DNA of 64,000 bases from Coraliomargaritaceae bacterium (GCA_965656495.1 CBFHKU010000003.1:32001-96000), one strand, 5' to 3'. Positions 9,248 to 19,506 are shown, counted from the first letter of the stretch. Program-made: numbers and translations. The notes: a model not told the origin generated them from the letters alone.

Positions 9248-11986
9248 ATGTCTGAAATCGCAAAAGCTTATGAGCCTCAAGAGGTGGAAGCCCGCTGGTA
9301 CTCCAAATGGTTGGAGTCCGGTTGCTTTAAAGCGTCCGTCCAAGCGGAGCGTGAACCTTACGCAATCATGATTCCACCGCCCAATGTGACCGGGATGCTG
9401 CATATGGGGCACGTGCTGGACAACACCTTGCAGGATATTTTTGTCAGGCGGGCACGTCTGGAGGGAAAGTCGGTACTCTGGCAACCGGGGACGGACCACG
9501 CGGGTATTGCGACGCAAACGAAGGTGGAGCGTCAATTGCGCGAGGACACTGGGGAGAGCAAATATGACCTCGGGCGCGAGGCTTTCTTGGAAAAAGTTTG
9601 GGCCTTCCGCGAAGAATCGGGTGGGGTGATCTTGAAACAGTTACAAAAGCTGGGGGCTTCCTGTGATTGGGATCGAACCAGTTTCACGCTGGATGAACAC
9701 TATTCAAACGCGGTGCTGGAAGCGTTTGTGCGCTTGTATGATCGCGGTTATGTTTATCGGGGCAAACGCATGGTCAACTGGTGCCCGGCGACGCACACCG
9801 CTATTTCGGACGAAGAGGTCAACATGAAGCCGCAACAGGGCTTTTTCTACAAGATGCGCTACGAATTGGTGGAAGCGGACGGGGAGCGCACCCATCTGGA
9901 AATCTCGACGACGCGACCGGAGACCTTGATGGGCGATACGGCGGTAGCGGTACACCCGGAGGACGAACGGTATAAGCATTTGATTGGGAAGACGGTTTGG
10001 CGACCTTTCCCGCGCGCCGCGATTCCAATCATTGGAGATGCCTATGTGGATCGCGAATTTGGGACGGGTTGCCTGAAGGTGACGCCGGCGCACGACAAGA
10101 ACGACTTTGAGATTGGGCAGCGTCACGATCTGGAGGTGATCGAGGTGATCGACCATGATGGTTGTATGAATGCCTTGGCAGGCGAGGAATTTACGGGGAT
10201 GGAGCGTTTTGCCGCACGAAAAGTGGCAGCGGACAAGCTGGAGGCGATGGGGCTTTTAATCGAGCGCGAGCCGTATGAAAACGTGGTGGGGTTCTCGGAA
10301 CGCGGGGATGTACCGATTGAGCCGAGGCTTTCGGAGCAATGGTTTTTGAAATATCCCAAAGTGGATGCGGCGAAGCGGGCAGTGGAAGCCGGCATTATAA
10401 AATTTCATCCGGATCGCTGGAAGAAGACCTACTTGCATTGGCTCAACGGGATTCAGGATTGGTGCATCAGTCGCCAGTTGTGGTGGGGGCATCGCATTCC
10501 GGTTTGGTACAAGAAGGGGATTCCGCGCACGGACTTGGATTTTAGCGATCCTGCGCAGGTGCATGTCTCGGTCGCGGGGCCGTCGGATCCCGAGAATTGG
10601 GAACAGGAAGAGGATGTGCTGGATACCTGGGCTTCGTCTTATCTTTGGCCAATGGCGAATTTAGGTTGGCCGGAACCGGACGCCGCCGCGCAAAAAGAAT
10701 TGGCGCATTGGTACCCCACTTCCACCTTGGTGACCGGTTTTGATATTATTTTCTTCTGGGTGGCGCGTATGATTATGGCGGGCCTTGAGCTTTACGGGGA
10801 GGATAAGGCGGAATTGAGCGATGATGAAATCGCAGCCCGTATTCCCTTTAAGAACATTTTCATTCACGGCCTGATTCGCGATGAAAAGGGTCGCAAGATG
10901 TCCAAGTCCTTGGGCAATTCGCCGGATCCTTTGGATTTAATTGAAAAATTCGGGGCAGACGGTCTCCGTTTCGGGATTTGCAATATCGCGCCGACGGGGT
11001 CGGACATTTTGTTCTCGGAGGAACGGATCCAAATCGGACGGAATTTCTGCAATAAATTATGGAATGCCGCACGCTTTCGCCAGATGTCAGGACCGATGTC
11101 GGACAACACCAGTTTGGAGCAGATTCTTTCACGGATTCAGGTGGAACTTTTTGATGATTATGACCACTGGATTTTGGCACGCTTGGGAGCGGTTACGACT
11201 GAGGTGGAAGGGTGTTTTACGGAATATGACTTGGCACCCTATACGCACAAGCTGTACGCCTTTTTCTGGAGTGACTTCTGTGACTGGTATGTCGAGGCGT
11301 CTAAGGGCAAGCTCAAGGGCGACGCTGGAGTGCAGCACAATTGTCTGGCGATTCAGGATTTGGTCTTGCGACAGGTCTTGCAGTTGGCGCACCCGGTGAT
11401 GCCGCACATCACGGAGGAGTTGTGGTCAGGCTTGGGTTATGCCGGCGCAGCGCCGTTCATTCACGAGAGCCCTATCCCCGATGCCGGTACCCTTATGGCG
11501 GCGATTTCGATTGATCGCGGTGCGACGGAGCGGGTTGCGCAGCTTCAGGGTTTAATTTCAGAGGCGAGGGCGCTGAAGGCGAAATACAACCTTGCAAGTA
11601 AGCGGGATGTCTCGGTCTTTTTCGGAGCGGAGGGTTCGGCGGCGGCGGTCATCGCTGATAATGCTGGTTTAATCGCTTCGCTTGCGGGTCTCGGAAGCTT
11701 GGAAAGTTTGGGGGACAAGAGCCCCGAGGGTTTGCCCGCTGCAGTAACGCCGCTTGGGAGCCTTTATCTGGACTTAAGCAGCAGTATTGATGTGGCAGCC
11801 GAAAAAGCCCGTCTTGAGAAAGAATTGGCGCGGCTGGATAAACTGGTCGCCCTTGGGGAAAACAAATTGAAGAACCCGAAGTTTGTCGAAAGCGCGCCGG
11901 AGCAGGTTGTTGCTGGGGCACGCAAACAATTGGCGGAGACCTGTGCGCAGCGCGATGAGACGCGGCAGATTCTGGATAGTCTTTAG
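9248..11986 (+). CDS. valS: valyl-tRNA synthetase
   Basis: PPPNVTGMLHMGH, DWCISRQLWWGHRIP, KMSKS, C-terminal coiled coil. Confidence 0.97.
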   Translation: MSEIAKAYEPQEVEARWYSKWLESGCFKASVQAEREPYAIMIPPPNVTGMLHMGHVLDNTLQDIFVRRARLEGKSVLWQPGTDHAGIATQTKVERQLREDTGESKYDLGREAFLEKVWAFREESGGVILKQLQKLGASCDWDRTSFTLDEHYSNAVLEAFVRLYDRGYVYRGKRMVNWCPATHTAISDEEVNMKPQQGFFYKMRYELVEADGERTHLEISTTRPETLMGDTAVAVHPEDERYKHLIGKTVWRPFPRAAIPIIGDAYVDREFGTGCLKVTPAHDKNDFEIGQRHDLEVIEVIDHDGCMNALAGEEFTGMERFAARKVAADKLEAMGLLIEREPYENVVGFSERGDVPIEPRLSEQWFLKYPKVDAAKRAVEAGIIKFHPDRWKKTYLHWLNGIQDWCISRQLWWGHRIPVWYKKGIPRTDLDFSDPAQVHVSVAGPSDPENWEQEEDVLDTWASSYLWPMANLGWPEPDAAAQKELAHWYPTSTLVTGFDIIFFWVARMIMAGLELYGEDKAELSDDEIAARIPFKNIFIHGLIRDEKGRKMSKSLGNSPDPLDLIEKFGADGLRFGICNIAPTGSDILFSEERIQIGRNFCNKLWNAARFRQMSGPMSDNTSLEQILSRIQVELFDDYDHWILARLGAVTTEVEGCFTEYDLAPYTHKLYAFFWSDFCDWYVEASKGKLKGDAGVQHNCLAIQDLVLRQVLQLAHPVMPHITEELWSGLGYAGAAPFIHESPIPDAGTLMAAISIDRGATERVAQLQGLISEARALKAKYNLASKRDVSVFFGAEGSAAAVIADNAGLIASLAGLGSLESLGDKSPEGLPAAVTPLGSLYLDLSSSIDVAAEKARLEKELARLDKLVALGENKLKNPKFVESAPEQVVAGARKQLAETCAQRDETRQILDSL

Positions 11987-11997
11987 AATTAGATAAG

Positions 11998-12031
11998 AAA
12001 AACCCCGGGCGGCGAACCGCTCCGGGGTTTT
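11998..12031. terminator. bidirectional rho-independent terminator
   Basis: AAAAACCCCGG...CCGGGGTTTT hairpin between the converging valS and FecR-domain genes. Confidence 0.8.
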
Positions 12032-12051
12032 GGGAATTTTAGTGGGGATGC

Positions 12052-12873
12052 TTAATTTTGAGAAGCAGGGCTTGCTATCTCGCTGTCATCCGGGTTTGTG
12101 GTAGTAGGCGGTGCTGGGGTCATAATCACGAAGTTACTCCCTGGGGCGAGGTTCTTATCAAAGTCGATATATTCATCGGACTTCGGGTCATTCGACGAAA
12201 GGACAACGGAGATTACGTGGGCGGGGGGAACCGCAATCACCTTCATCGCTACGTAATCTGCCGTTGAGAGTTCTACTTCGGCACTACTTTGCATGCCATA
12301 ATCAATGTCATCTACTTCGGGTACGGTAACCACATCGACAATACCATCGATGTTATTGGTTACAAAGCGGAAGTAATTTGAGATGGTGTCGTAGCTGAAG
12401 CCGACACGGAAGCGAGTGCCTTTCACGACGGCGACCCCGAGGGGTGTTTTGACGTTGAATTTGGATGTTTTAGTAAGCTTCTTAACATTACCTAAGAGAG
12501 AACCGTAATTTATATTCAAGAGCGTGATGGATTGACTCGGGTCGCGGTCCAAGTTCTGGTAGGTTTTTTGCCCCATAAAAGGTTTTTGCTGCAGAACTTC
12601 GACCTTTACTTGCGAATTGGGGTCGAGATCAATGACCGAGCCGTTTGAGAGGGCAAATTTGACAGTGCTTTGGGAGCCGGTACTGACAACGTCGCCTTGT
12701 TTGATGATGTCACCTACTTTCAGCGCCGTTGCAGAGGCGATGTCCTCGCCCTGATGAACTGTGACAGTACCACCTAGATTAAGAATCTTCGCATTGGCAA
12801 GGGGCATCGCTTGAACTGCCTGAGCGAACATTGCGAGGATCCCCGAAAAAACGAGAACAATTGATATTTTCAT
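12052..12873 (-). CDS. secreted FecR-domain protein
   Basis: Signal peptide; GDVVSTGSQS..LSNGSVIDLDPNSQV and VKTPLGVAVVKGTRF FecR motifs. Confidence 0.75.
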   Translation of the reverse strand: MKISIVLVFSGILAMFAQAVQAMPLANAKILNLGGTVTVHQGEDIASATALKVGDIIKQGDVVSTGSQSTVKFALSNGSVIDLDPNSQVKVEVLQQKPFMGQKTYQNLDRDPSQSITLLNINYGSLLGNVKKLTKTSKFNVKTPLGVAVVKGTRFRVGFSYDTISNYFRFVTNNIDGIVDVVTVPEVDDIDYGMQSSAEVELSTADYVAMKVIAVPPAHVISVVLSSNDPKSDEYIDFDKNLAPGSNFVIMTPAPPTTTNPDDSEIASPASQN

Positions 12874-13268
12874 GATTTATTGCTTGGTTGAATTACCTAG
12901 TTATAAAAGCATCTAAATTTACAAAAAGAGAATATGCAACACTTAAATGGGCTTAATTTCGTATAAAATTAATTTAAAATAGACTTAAATAGGCGTATAA
13001 ACCTTTGTTTAAATTGATACGGCAGGATTGCTTGGGTTGCCTGAAGCTTGAGGGGTGCATCGGAGTAAGGATGCGAATTAAAGCCAACAGGATTGCTTCA
13101 GTATGGCGTAGTGACTTGGTGTGCCACTGCAGGCGCTTTAAGGTAAACTTTATATGTTCATCTATCGATTCGTTTCTTTCCTTGGCATCACCTTTTTTGA
13201 ACCTAAGTTTTACCAATGTCCTGAACCTGCTTTGTTACTCATGTCTTGAACCTGTACCATGTTTGATG

Positions 13269-13358
13269 GGATTAGGGGTAAGATTAAGAGTAAGAGTAAG
13301 ATTAAGATTAAGAGTAAGATTAAGATTAAGATTAGGAGTAGGAGTAGGAGTAGGAGTA
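13269..13358. repeat. hexanucleotide tandem repeat, 15 units of approximately RGAKTA, followed by a G run
   Basis: ggatta ggggta agatta agagta ... ggagta x4, read directly. Confidence 0.9.
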
Positions 13359-13655
13359 GGGGGGGTGTGTTTGTTGCTCTGTCTGAACAAATCTATTCTG
13401 GCTTCTCGAACCTGCTAAAGCCGCTTTGCCTTTCTTTGCGGGCTATTTTCTTATTTGTACGATCCGCGTGATTCGCAGTTAATCACTCTTTGTGCTGCAC
13501 TGAGACCAGCCTTGCTGGCGACCGCCAATAGGTACTTATTTTCGGCTCTGCCGGATTGCCCAACACAGAGTGGTTTTAGCACAGCGGGGAAACCTAATAG
13601 GAAGGGAATCGCCGAAATACCCTTGTCCTCGGGTTTGAATCATGAAAGCGGGTAC

Positions 13656-13686
13656 AAAAAAACCCTGAAATCAAGTTTCAGGGTTT
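13656..13686 (-). terminator. rho-independent terminator of the Ala-rich gene
   Basis: A7-CCCTGAAA-tcaag-TTTCAGGG; gives a U-tract on the minus strand. Confidence 0.75.
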
Positions 13687-13732
13687 CTAGCTTGTTGTTG
13701 GTAAAAAATTAGCGGTCCAACAGTCTTAGCTG

Positions 13733-14722
13733 TTAAGCGCCAGTTGAGGGACTTGCTTCAACTTCGCTATCATCTTCTGGGTCCGAGATGACCGGATCCG
13801 GAACATCGCTATCTCCGCTGTCGCTGTCATTAGAAGCGGCATCATCGGCAGCCGCTTGTGCTTCTCCAGCAAGGTCATTGGCGGCTTCGCCAGTGATGCC
13901 AGCCTCATTCGCACCAGCCAAGGTACCTTGTTGGACGCCGGAACTCACCGCCTCGTTTAAAACAACATTGATGCCGTTATCATCAGAAATACTATCAGCA
14001 CCTGTTTCAACACTGGCAGCAACTGCAGTCACGATCGTGGCGGGATCCGCGTTAACAGCAACTGCGGTTGCCACTGCCGCTTGAGATGCACCTACTGCTG
14101 CTGCCTGTACGGCGTCAACAACCACAGATAGGGGTTTGTCGTCTTCGACCAATGCCGATAGGGCAACCATGGAGCCTTCGGTGGCGGCTTTAGCGGCCTC
14201 TGCAACCGATACGGTAGAAACTGTGGAATCTTGCTGAGCTGCACTCGCCGCAAGCATTGCGCCGGAAGTCGCACCCTTGGAAGAAGCTGCTACGGCAGCG
14301 GAGAGATTTGCTTCCGATACGGCTGGTGCTTTTACAACTGCAGTGACTGCGCCCTGCGCAGTTGCCTCAACTGCGGTAGTAGTTTCTTCCGGGCTCAATT
14401 TAGCCTCGGTGGCGAGTTCAAAGACAGCTCGTGTCATGGAGGCTACCGCAGTTTCAATAGTGGATTGAATCGTCACACTTTCGCTAGACATTAATACCAA
14501 TTGCAGAATTTGTTGGGTTACGTTGCTGACACTTGCCTCATCTTCAACGTTGATACCTGCAGTCAAAAGTAATTTTTTTGCTGCTTCGACATCGCCATTA
14601 GAGACTTGCGAAACAAGCACCGGATCCATGTCTTCCGCGACGATGGACTGTGCCGGCACAACAGCGATGACCAAAGCTAGAGTAAATTTAATTAGAGAGC
14701 TTTTCAGTTTGAAATTTTTCAT
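13733..14722 (-). CDS. secreted Ala/Val/Ser-rich acidic hypothetical protein
   Basis: N-terminal signal peptide; repeated amphipathic helices (A..GA); acidic Pro-rich tail. Confidence 0.7.
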   Translation of the reverse strand: MKNFKLKSSLIKFTLALVIAVVPAQSIVAEDMDPVLVSQVSNGDVEAAKKLLLTAGINVEDEASVSNVTQQILQLVLMSSESVTIQSTIETAVASMTRAVFELATEAKLSPEETTTAVEATAQGAVTAVVKAPAVSEANLSAAVAASSKGATSGAMLAASAAQQDSTVSTVSVAEAAKAATEGSMVALSALVEDDKPLSVVVDAVQAAAVGASQAAVATAVAVNADPATIVTAVAASVETGADSISDDNGINVVLNEAVSSGVQQGTLAGANEAGITGEAANDLAGEAQAAADDAASNDSDSGDSDVPDPVISDPEDDSEVEASPSTGA

Positions 14723-14984
14723 AGAGAGTAAGTTTGAGTTAAGGCGAACCAGAAAACTGGGATGTGAAAAAATACAATTATGCCGTTATACGTAAGTAAA
14801 TATGTATAATTGTTCCCATGTGACAAGCTTATATACAGTTTTTATGCTCACGGCTCTGTTCCAGTGACTTTGATTGCAATGCTGCTAATAAAATGGAAAA
14901 GGATTGCCAGTGGTGTAGCGGGGCGTGTTTTTATGGAATCATGATTCAGCGCGTTGCGCTTACTGTAAGTTAAATGGGCAATTT

Positions 14985-15767
14985 ATGACACAATTCAGAC
15001 CTTGTATCGACCTGCACGAGGGTAAGGTGAAGCAGATTGTAGGCGGAAGTTTACGGGATAATGGTGCGGGTCTGGAGACAAATTTCGTCAGTGATGCTTC
15101 ATCGGCGAGCTACGCGGCTCGTTACGCGGCGGATGGGTTGCGTGGGGGGCACGTCATCCAATTGGGCTTAGGTAATAAGGAAGCGGCAAGGGCCGCTTTG
15201 GGGCAATATCCCGGGGGATTGCAAATTGGCGGTGGGATTACACGTGAGAATGCGGCGGAATGGCTTTCAGCAGGGGCGAGTCATGTGATTGTAACGAGTG
15301 GGTTGTTTAATGCGGAGGGGGTTTTTGAGATTGCAAGATTGGAGGCGCTTAGGCGCGAGGTTGGGCGGGAGCGTTTGGTGGTGGATTTGAGTTGCCGCGG
15401 GGCAGAGGGAAATTGGGTCGTTGCGATGAACCGCTGGCAGATGGTGACGGATCTCAAGATTGAGGTGCGGGTTTTGGGGGAATTGGCTGGATACTGCTCG
15501 GAATTTTTAGTGCATGCCGCCGACGTGGAGGGCAAGTGTGGCGGGATCGATGCGGCTTTAGTGCGCTTTTTGGGGGCGCACGCAACGCAACCGGTAACCT
15601 ATGCCGGGGGAGCACAGAGTTTGAGAGACTTGGATTTAGTGGAGCAATTGAGTGGGGGTGCGGTGGATTTGTGTATTGGGAGTGCTTTGGATATCTTTGG
15701 CGGTACCGGGGTGCGTTATGCAGACTGTATCGATTGGAACAAGCGGCACTCACAAGGTGAAATCTAG
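14985..15767 (+). CDS. hisA: ProFAR isomerase, His6/eukaryotic-type HisA
   Basis: FRPCIDLHEGKVKQIVGG, LQIGGGIT, VVDLSCR, EFLVHAADVEGKCGGID, GSALDIFGG. Confidence 0.9.
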   Translation: MTQFRPCIDLHEGKVKQIVGGSLRDNGAGLETNFVSDASSASYAARYAADGLRGGHVIQLGLGNKEAARAALGQYPGGLQIGGGITRENAAEWLSAGASHVIVTSGLFNAEGVFEIARLEALRREVGRERLVVDLSCRGAEGNWVVAMNRWQMVTDLKIEVRVLGELAGYCSEFLVHAADVEGKCGGIDAALVRFLGAHATQPVTYAGGAQSLRDLDLVEQLSGGAVDLCIGSALDIFGGTGVRYADCIDWNKRHSQGEI

Positions 15768-15850
15768 GTTTAGAAGTACGACAGCAATGCCGGAAAGCGG
15801 GGGTTTTATAGCTTGCATATTTTAATAAAAGGGTTGTTAGGTAATGAAAA

Positions 15851-16117
15851 ATGGAACTCCTAAACCTATCCTTTGCTACTTTGATTCTCAAGCTGTCGTT
15901 CAGCGTGCTGCCAATCGTTTTGGGCTGCTATCTACTGTTGTCTTCTGAAGAGGCTAAACGCGAAATGAGAAGCTTCATTTGCCGTTCTTTGTTTAATGTT
16001 AATAACGCGATACCGATGCGTGATTTTAATCGCATCCTTTATTGGGTTGGCGGCTTGGGGGTGCTTTTTGGTCTCGTAGTTGGCTGGATTTTGGTGCTGA
16101 AGCCCTTTTTCGAATAA
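15851..16117 (+). CDS. small two-TM membrane protein
   Basis: 88 aa with two hydrophobic segments. Confidence 0.55.
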   Translation: MELLNLSFATLILKLSFSVLPIVLGCYLLLSSEEAKREMRSFICRSLFNVNNAIPMRDFNRILYWVGGLGVLFGLVVGWILVLKPFFE

Positions 16118-16168
16118 AGCTTAGCGCCAAACGCTGGCGACAATCCGGGATTGCTTGCTTGTTTAGGT

Positions 16169-16184
16169 TTCAACTATTCTTGAA
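16169..16184. promoter_or_regulatory. candidate operator TTCA-N8-TGAA upstream of the GbsR-like regulator
   Basis: ttcaactattcttgaa; a matching palindrome lies at 19483-19506. Confidence 0.4.
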
Positions 16185-16226
16185 CGGATTAAACAAAAGA
16201 TCATTCTAAAGGAGTGAAAAATTAAA

Positions 16227-16772
16227 ATGTCGGAGCCTAAACCAGATATTACTGCAATGCCCGCTTGGGAGGCGGGTGTGGTTGAGTTATTTGTGCGTGG
16301 CGCGAATCTGGTGGGTTTGCCGCGTTCGGTGGGTGAAATTTATGGCAGTCTTTTTTGTGCAGATAGACCATTGACCTTTGATGTTCTGGTGGAACGTCTG
16401 CAAATCAGTCGCGGATCGGTCAGTCAGGGCTTGAAGGTTTTACGTCAACTGGGTGCGGTTAAGGTGCACTACATTGCGGGTAGTCGAAAAGATCACTATA
16501 TTGCGGAACTTTCCATGCTTCAACTCGTTCAGGGCTTTGTCCGTGACCAGCTCGGGCCGCATCTTGAATCAGGTAGTGCACGCCTTAAAGAGGTGGAGTC
16601 TTTGATTCAGGACGAAGTGGATATCGCCAAACGGAAGCATGCCGAGCAACGATTTCAAACCCTGCTCTCCTGGCAGCAAAGGGGGCAGAAATTACTGCCC
16701 TTGGTCATGACCGTACTTGGCGGTCACAAACTCCTGGATGACAGAGGTGAGTCGTCGCAAAAAATAATCTGA
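16227..16772 (+). CDS. GbsR/MarR-family transcriptional regulator
   Basis: GLPRSVGEIYGSL..PLTFDVLVERLQISRGSVSQGLKVL..GSRKDHY winged-HTH pattern. Confidence 0.8.
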   Translation: MSEPKPDITAMPAWEAGVVELFVRGANLVGLPRSVGEIYGSLFCADRPLTFDVLVERLQISRGSVSQGLKVLRQLGAVKVHYIAGSRKDHYIAELSMLQLVQGFVRDQLGPHLESGSARLKEVESLIQDEVDIAKRKHAEQRFQTLLSWQQRGQKLLPLVMTVLGGHKLLDDRGESSQKII

Positions 16773-16877
16773 TCGGACTGCTCTTTACGCACCTTCACTC
16801 GATGATCTATGAGCAGATGGTTGACCTTGCTTTTTGATTACAGTGAAGCAATCTGAAGAAAGAAAATAAAGTAATCT

Positions 16878-18389
16878 ATGGGTTTATCTCTCGTATTTTT
16901 CATTTTGTTGGGGTGCTTTGTATCATGGCTTGTGACACACCTGCTCCTTGCTGCGCGTTTTAAAGAGAGTGAAGCTCGCGAAACCCAACACCACCACACA
17001 CACAGCGGTACGATTCCACGAATTGGGGGAGTTGGTATTGTGACGGCTTTCGGGCTGGTGTACCTCCTCTGCTTCATTTTTCTGGATTATCGCGACAATA
17101 CTTCACTCATCAATTACGCCGTAGCGGCGGGGGCGGTGGGCGCATTCTTGCTGGGGTTCATCGATGATTTTAGGCCGCTCAGTGCAAAAACAAAGTTTGC
17201 GGCCCAGATTATACTGGCAGCACTTGCCTACTACTGCGGCTTATCGATTGAGGTGGTTCGCATTCCTTTCACAGAATCCCAGCTAGACTTGGGTTACTTG
17301 GGTTTATTCGTAACCGTTTTCTGGTTTGTGGCGATTATGAATATCATGAACCTGATCGACGGTCTGGATGGCTTGGCGGGCGGAATTGGTTTAATGCTCA
17401 TGCTCCTTTTGGTGTATCTGAGTTTCCAGAAGGGCACCCTGATCTCAGGCATCCTTGCTTTGGGTATGACCGGAGCCCTGCTTGGTTTTCTGTTCCACAA
17501 CTTTCCGCCTGCCAAGGTCTATATGGGGGATTCAGGTGCGTATTTGATTGGGTATGTTATTGCGGCACTTTCCCTGATGAATGCCGAAAAAGGAACGGTG
17601 CTGGCGGCTTTACTGGCGCCGACGCTGGCGCTGGCGCTGCCGATTTTGGATGTTGGTTTCGCGGTTCTGCGGCGTGCGGTGCAGGGATTGCCCTTATTCC
17701 GTCCGGATCGCGGGCACATCCACCATCGCATGGTACAAGCGGGGCTCTCGCGCCGAGGCACGGTGCTGGTTCTTTATGGGTTCTCTCTACTGGCATTTTT
17801 CGGCGGCATTCTGATGTTCACTTGGCAGGGGCGGTACCTGCCGCTCTTCTTAGGCTTTGCCTTTGCGCTCTTATTATTAGTGTTGCGGGGCCAGAAAATT
17901 TCGGTGGCGGATCTACGTTCTGCGATTGGGCATTCCTTGCAAAGTCGTCAGGAGACACGCAATGCCATCAGTTTGCAGAACTGGTTCATCCTCGAGATCG
18001 AGCGTGTGGATACTGGTCAGAGCGTTTGGTCGGACTACCACTTCTTTCTTAAAAAGCTCGGGTTTTGCCGTGCCGAAATGACCGTGAACAACGAGTCGCG
18101 GTCATTTTTTATTCCCGGAACCCCTTACGACAATGAGGCAGTGTTGTGGGTGGCAAAAATAGATTTGGGTACGGACGAAGAAAACTCCCTTATTTTGTTC
18201 GGGGAAAAGGATAATTTTTCGCAGGCGCAATTTGATTTACTCTCTGATATTGCACAAGAAGCATGGAGTAAAGCTTCGGCTCGATGGCGAGCGTTGTATG
18301 GCAGTAAACTTACCTTTGAAGCGGAGGCTTCCAGGCCTGAGAACTACCGGGTTCAGCGTGCACGCAACCTTTACCGGCCTACGTATTAG
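16878..18389 (+). CDS. WecA/TagO-like (MraY family) undecaprenyl-phosphate sugar-1-P transferase with C-terminal extension
   Basis: PRIGG, GFIDD, NLIDGLDGLAGG, HNFPPAKVYMGDSG, DRGHIHH. Confidence 0.9.
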   Translation: MGLSLVFFILLGCFVSWLVTHLLLAARFKESEARETQHHHTHSGTIPRIGGVGIVTAFGLVYLLCFIFLDYRDNTSLINYAVAAGAVGAFLLGFIDDFRPLSAKTKFAAQIILAALAYYCGLSIEVVRIPFTESQLDLGYLGLFVTVFWFVAIMNIMNLIDGLDGLAGGIGLMLMLLLVYLSFQKGTLISGILALGMTGALLGFLFHNFPPAKVYMGDSGAYLIGYVIAALSLMNAEKGTVLAALLAPTLALALPILDVGFAVLRRAVQGLPLFRPDRGHIHHRMVQAGLSRRGTVLVLYGFSLLAFFGGILMFTWQGRYLPLFLGFAFALLLLVLRGQKISVADLRSAIGHSLQSRQETRNAISLQNWFILEIERVDTGQSVWSDYHFFLKKLGFCRAEMTVNNESRSFFIPGTPYDNEAVLWVAKIDLGTDEENSLILFGEKDNFSQAQFDLLSDIAQEAWSKASARWRALYGSKLTFEAEASRPENYRVQRARNLYRPTY

Positions 18390-18469
18390 GTGCTTATAGG
18401 TCTTCAATTTCTTGTTTCATAGAAATTAGACATTGCTCTGAATCAATCCTGCCCACTAATTGGCGATGT

Positions 18470-19456
18470 ATGAATATTATTCTTACTGGCTGCGCAGGTT
18501 TTATCGGTTCACACACTTGTGAGCGCCTCCTGGCGGACGGGCATTCTGTTGTGGGTGTGGATAATTTGGATCCGTTCTATGCGCGCGCGCTCAAGAGCAC
18601 AAATCTCGATGCGATCGCACGGCAAGCCGAATCTTGTAATGCCCCTTTTGAATTAATTGAGGGGGATTTGTCGGATCCAACAACCTTCCAAAAAATTAAA
18701 TTTCAGCTGGGAGCAAGTAAGGCGGATGCCATTATACATTTAGCCGCCAAAGCGGGGGTACGCCCGTCCATTCAGGATCCGGTTGGTTATCAACAAGCCA
18801 ACGTAATCGCTACCCAAAACCTCCTCGAATTTGCCCGCGAGGAAGCAATCCAACAATTTATATTTGCATCATCATCTTCGGTCTATGGCGTCAATCCCCG
18901 GGTTCCCTGGCGCGAGGACGATGCGGTGCTGCAACCGATCAGTCCTTATGCGAGCACGAAGGTGAGTGGCGAGTTGATGGGTCATGTTTATAGTAAACTT
19001 TTCGGGATCCGCTTCCTCGCACTGCGGTTTTTTACGGTGTACGGACCACGTCAGCGCCCGGATCTGGCGATCAATAAATTTGTGCGCCGGATTGAGGCGG
19101 GGGAGCCCATTCCTGTTTTTGGTGATGGCTCTACGCGCCGGGACTACACCTATGTGGGGGATACGGTTGGGGGTATTTTGGCTGCTTTGAATTACCGTAA
19201 CTCTGATTATGAAGTTATCAATCTAGGTAATGACCAAACCATTACGCTAGCTGAGATGATCGCCACCATTGAGACCGTCGTTGGAAAACAGGCCTGCATT
19301 GACCGACAGCCCGAACAACCCGGTGATGTTCCGCAAACATGGGCCGACATCAGCAAAGCCCGTGATTTACTGGGATATGACCCCAAAACGAAATTTTCAG
19401 ATGGGGTAGCGGCGTTTCATCGCTGGTATGGGCAATCGCTCTTGGATGGCGGCTAA
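18470..19456 (+). CDS. NAD-dependent epimerase, UDP-glucuronate 4-epimerase-like
   Basis: TGCAGFIG, HLAAKAGVRPS, SPYASTK, RFFTVYGPRQRPD. Confidence 0.85.
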   Translation: MNIILTGCAGFIGSHTCERLLADGHSVVGVDNLDPFYARALKSTNLDAIARQAESCNAPFELIEGDLSDPTTFQKIKFQLGASKADAIIHLAAKAGVRPSIQDPVGYQQANVIATQNLLEFAREEAIQQFIFASSSSVYGVNPRVPWREDDAVLQPISPYASTKVSGELMGHVYSKLFGIRFLALRFFTVYGPRQRPDLAINKFVRRIEAGEPIPVFGDGSTRRDYTYVGDTVGGILAALNYRNSDYEVINLGNDQTITLAEMIATIETVVGKQACIDRQPEQPGDVPQTWADISKARDLLGYDPKTKFSDGVAAFHRWYGQSLLDGG

Positions 19457-19482
19457 TCATGAGGGATTGAACGCTCTGTCAA

Positions 19483-19506
19483 TTTGTTCATTTTTTCTTG
19501 AACAAA
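19483..19506. promoter_or_regulatory. palindrome TTTGTTCA-N8-TGAACAAA, candidate operator
   Basis: Perfect 8-bp inverted repeat in the intergenic region upstream of the uxs gene. Confidence 0.45.

Noticed and set aside
12974..13216. 80-aa minus-strand ORF
   Set aside because: TTG start and no recognisable motif; cannot be supported
13005..13471. ORFs with (RL/RV)n or (KI/KS)n tracts
   Set aside because: Translations of the hexamer microsatellite; no other coding evidence
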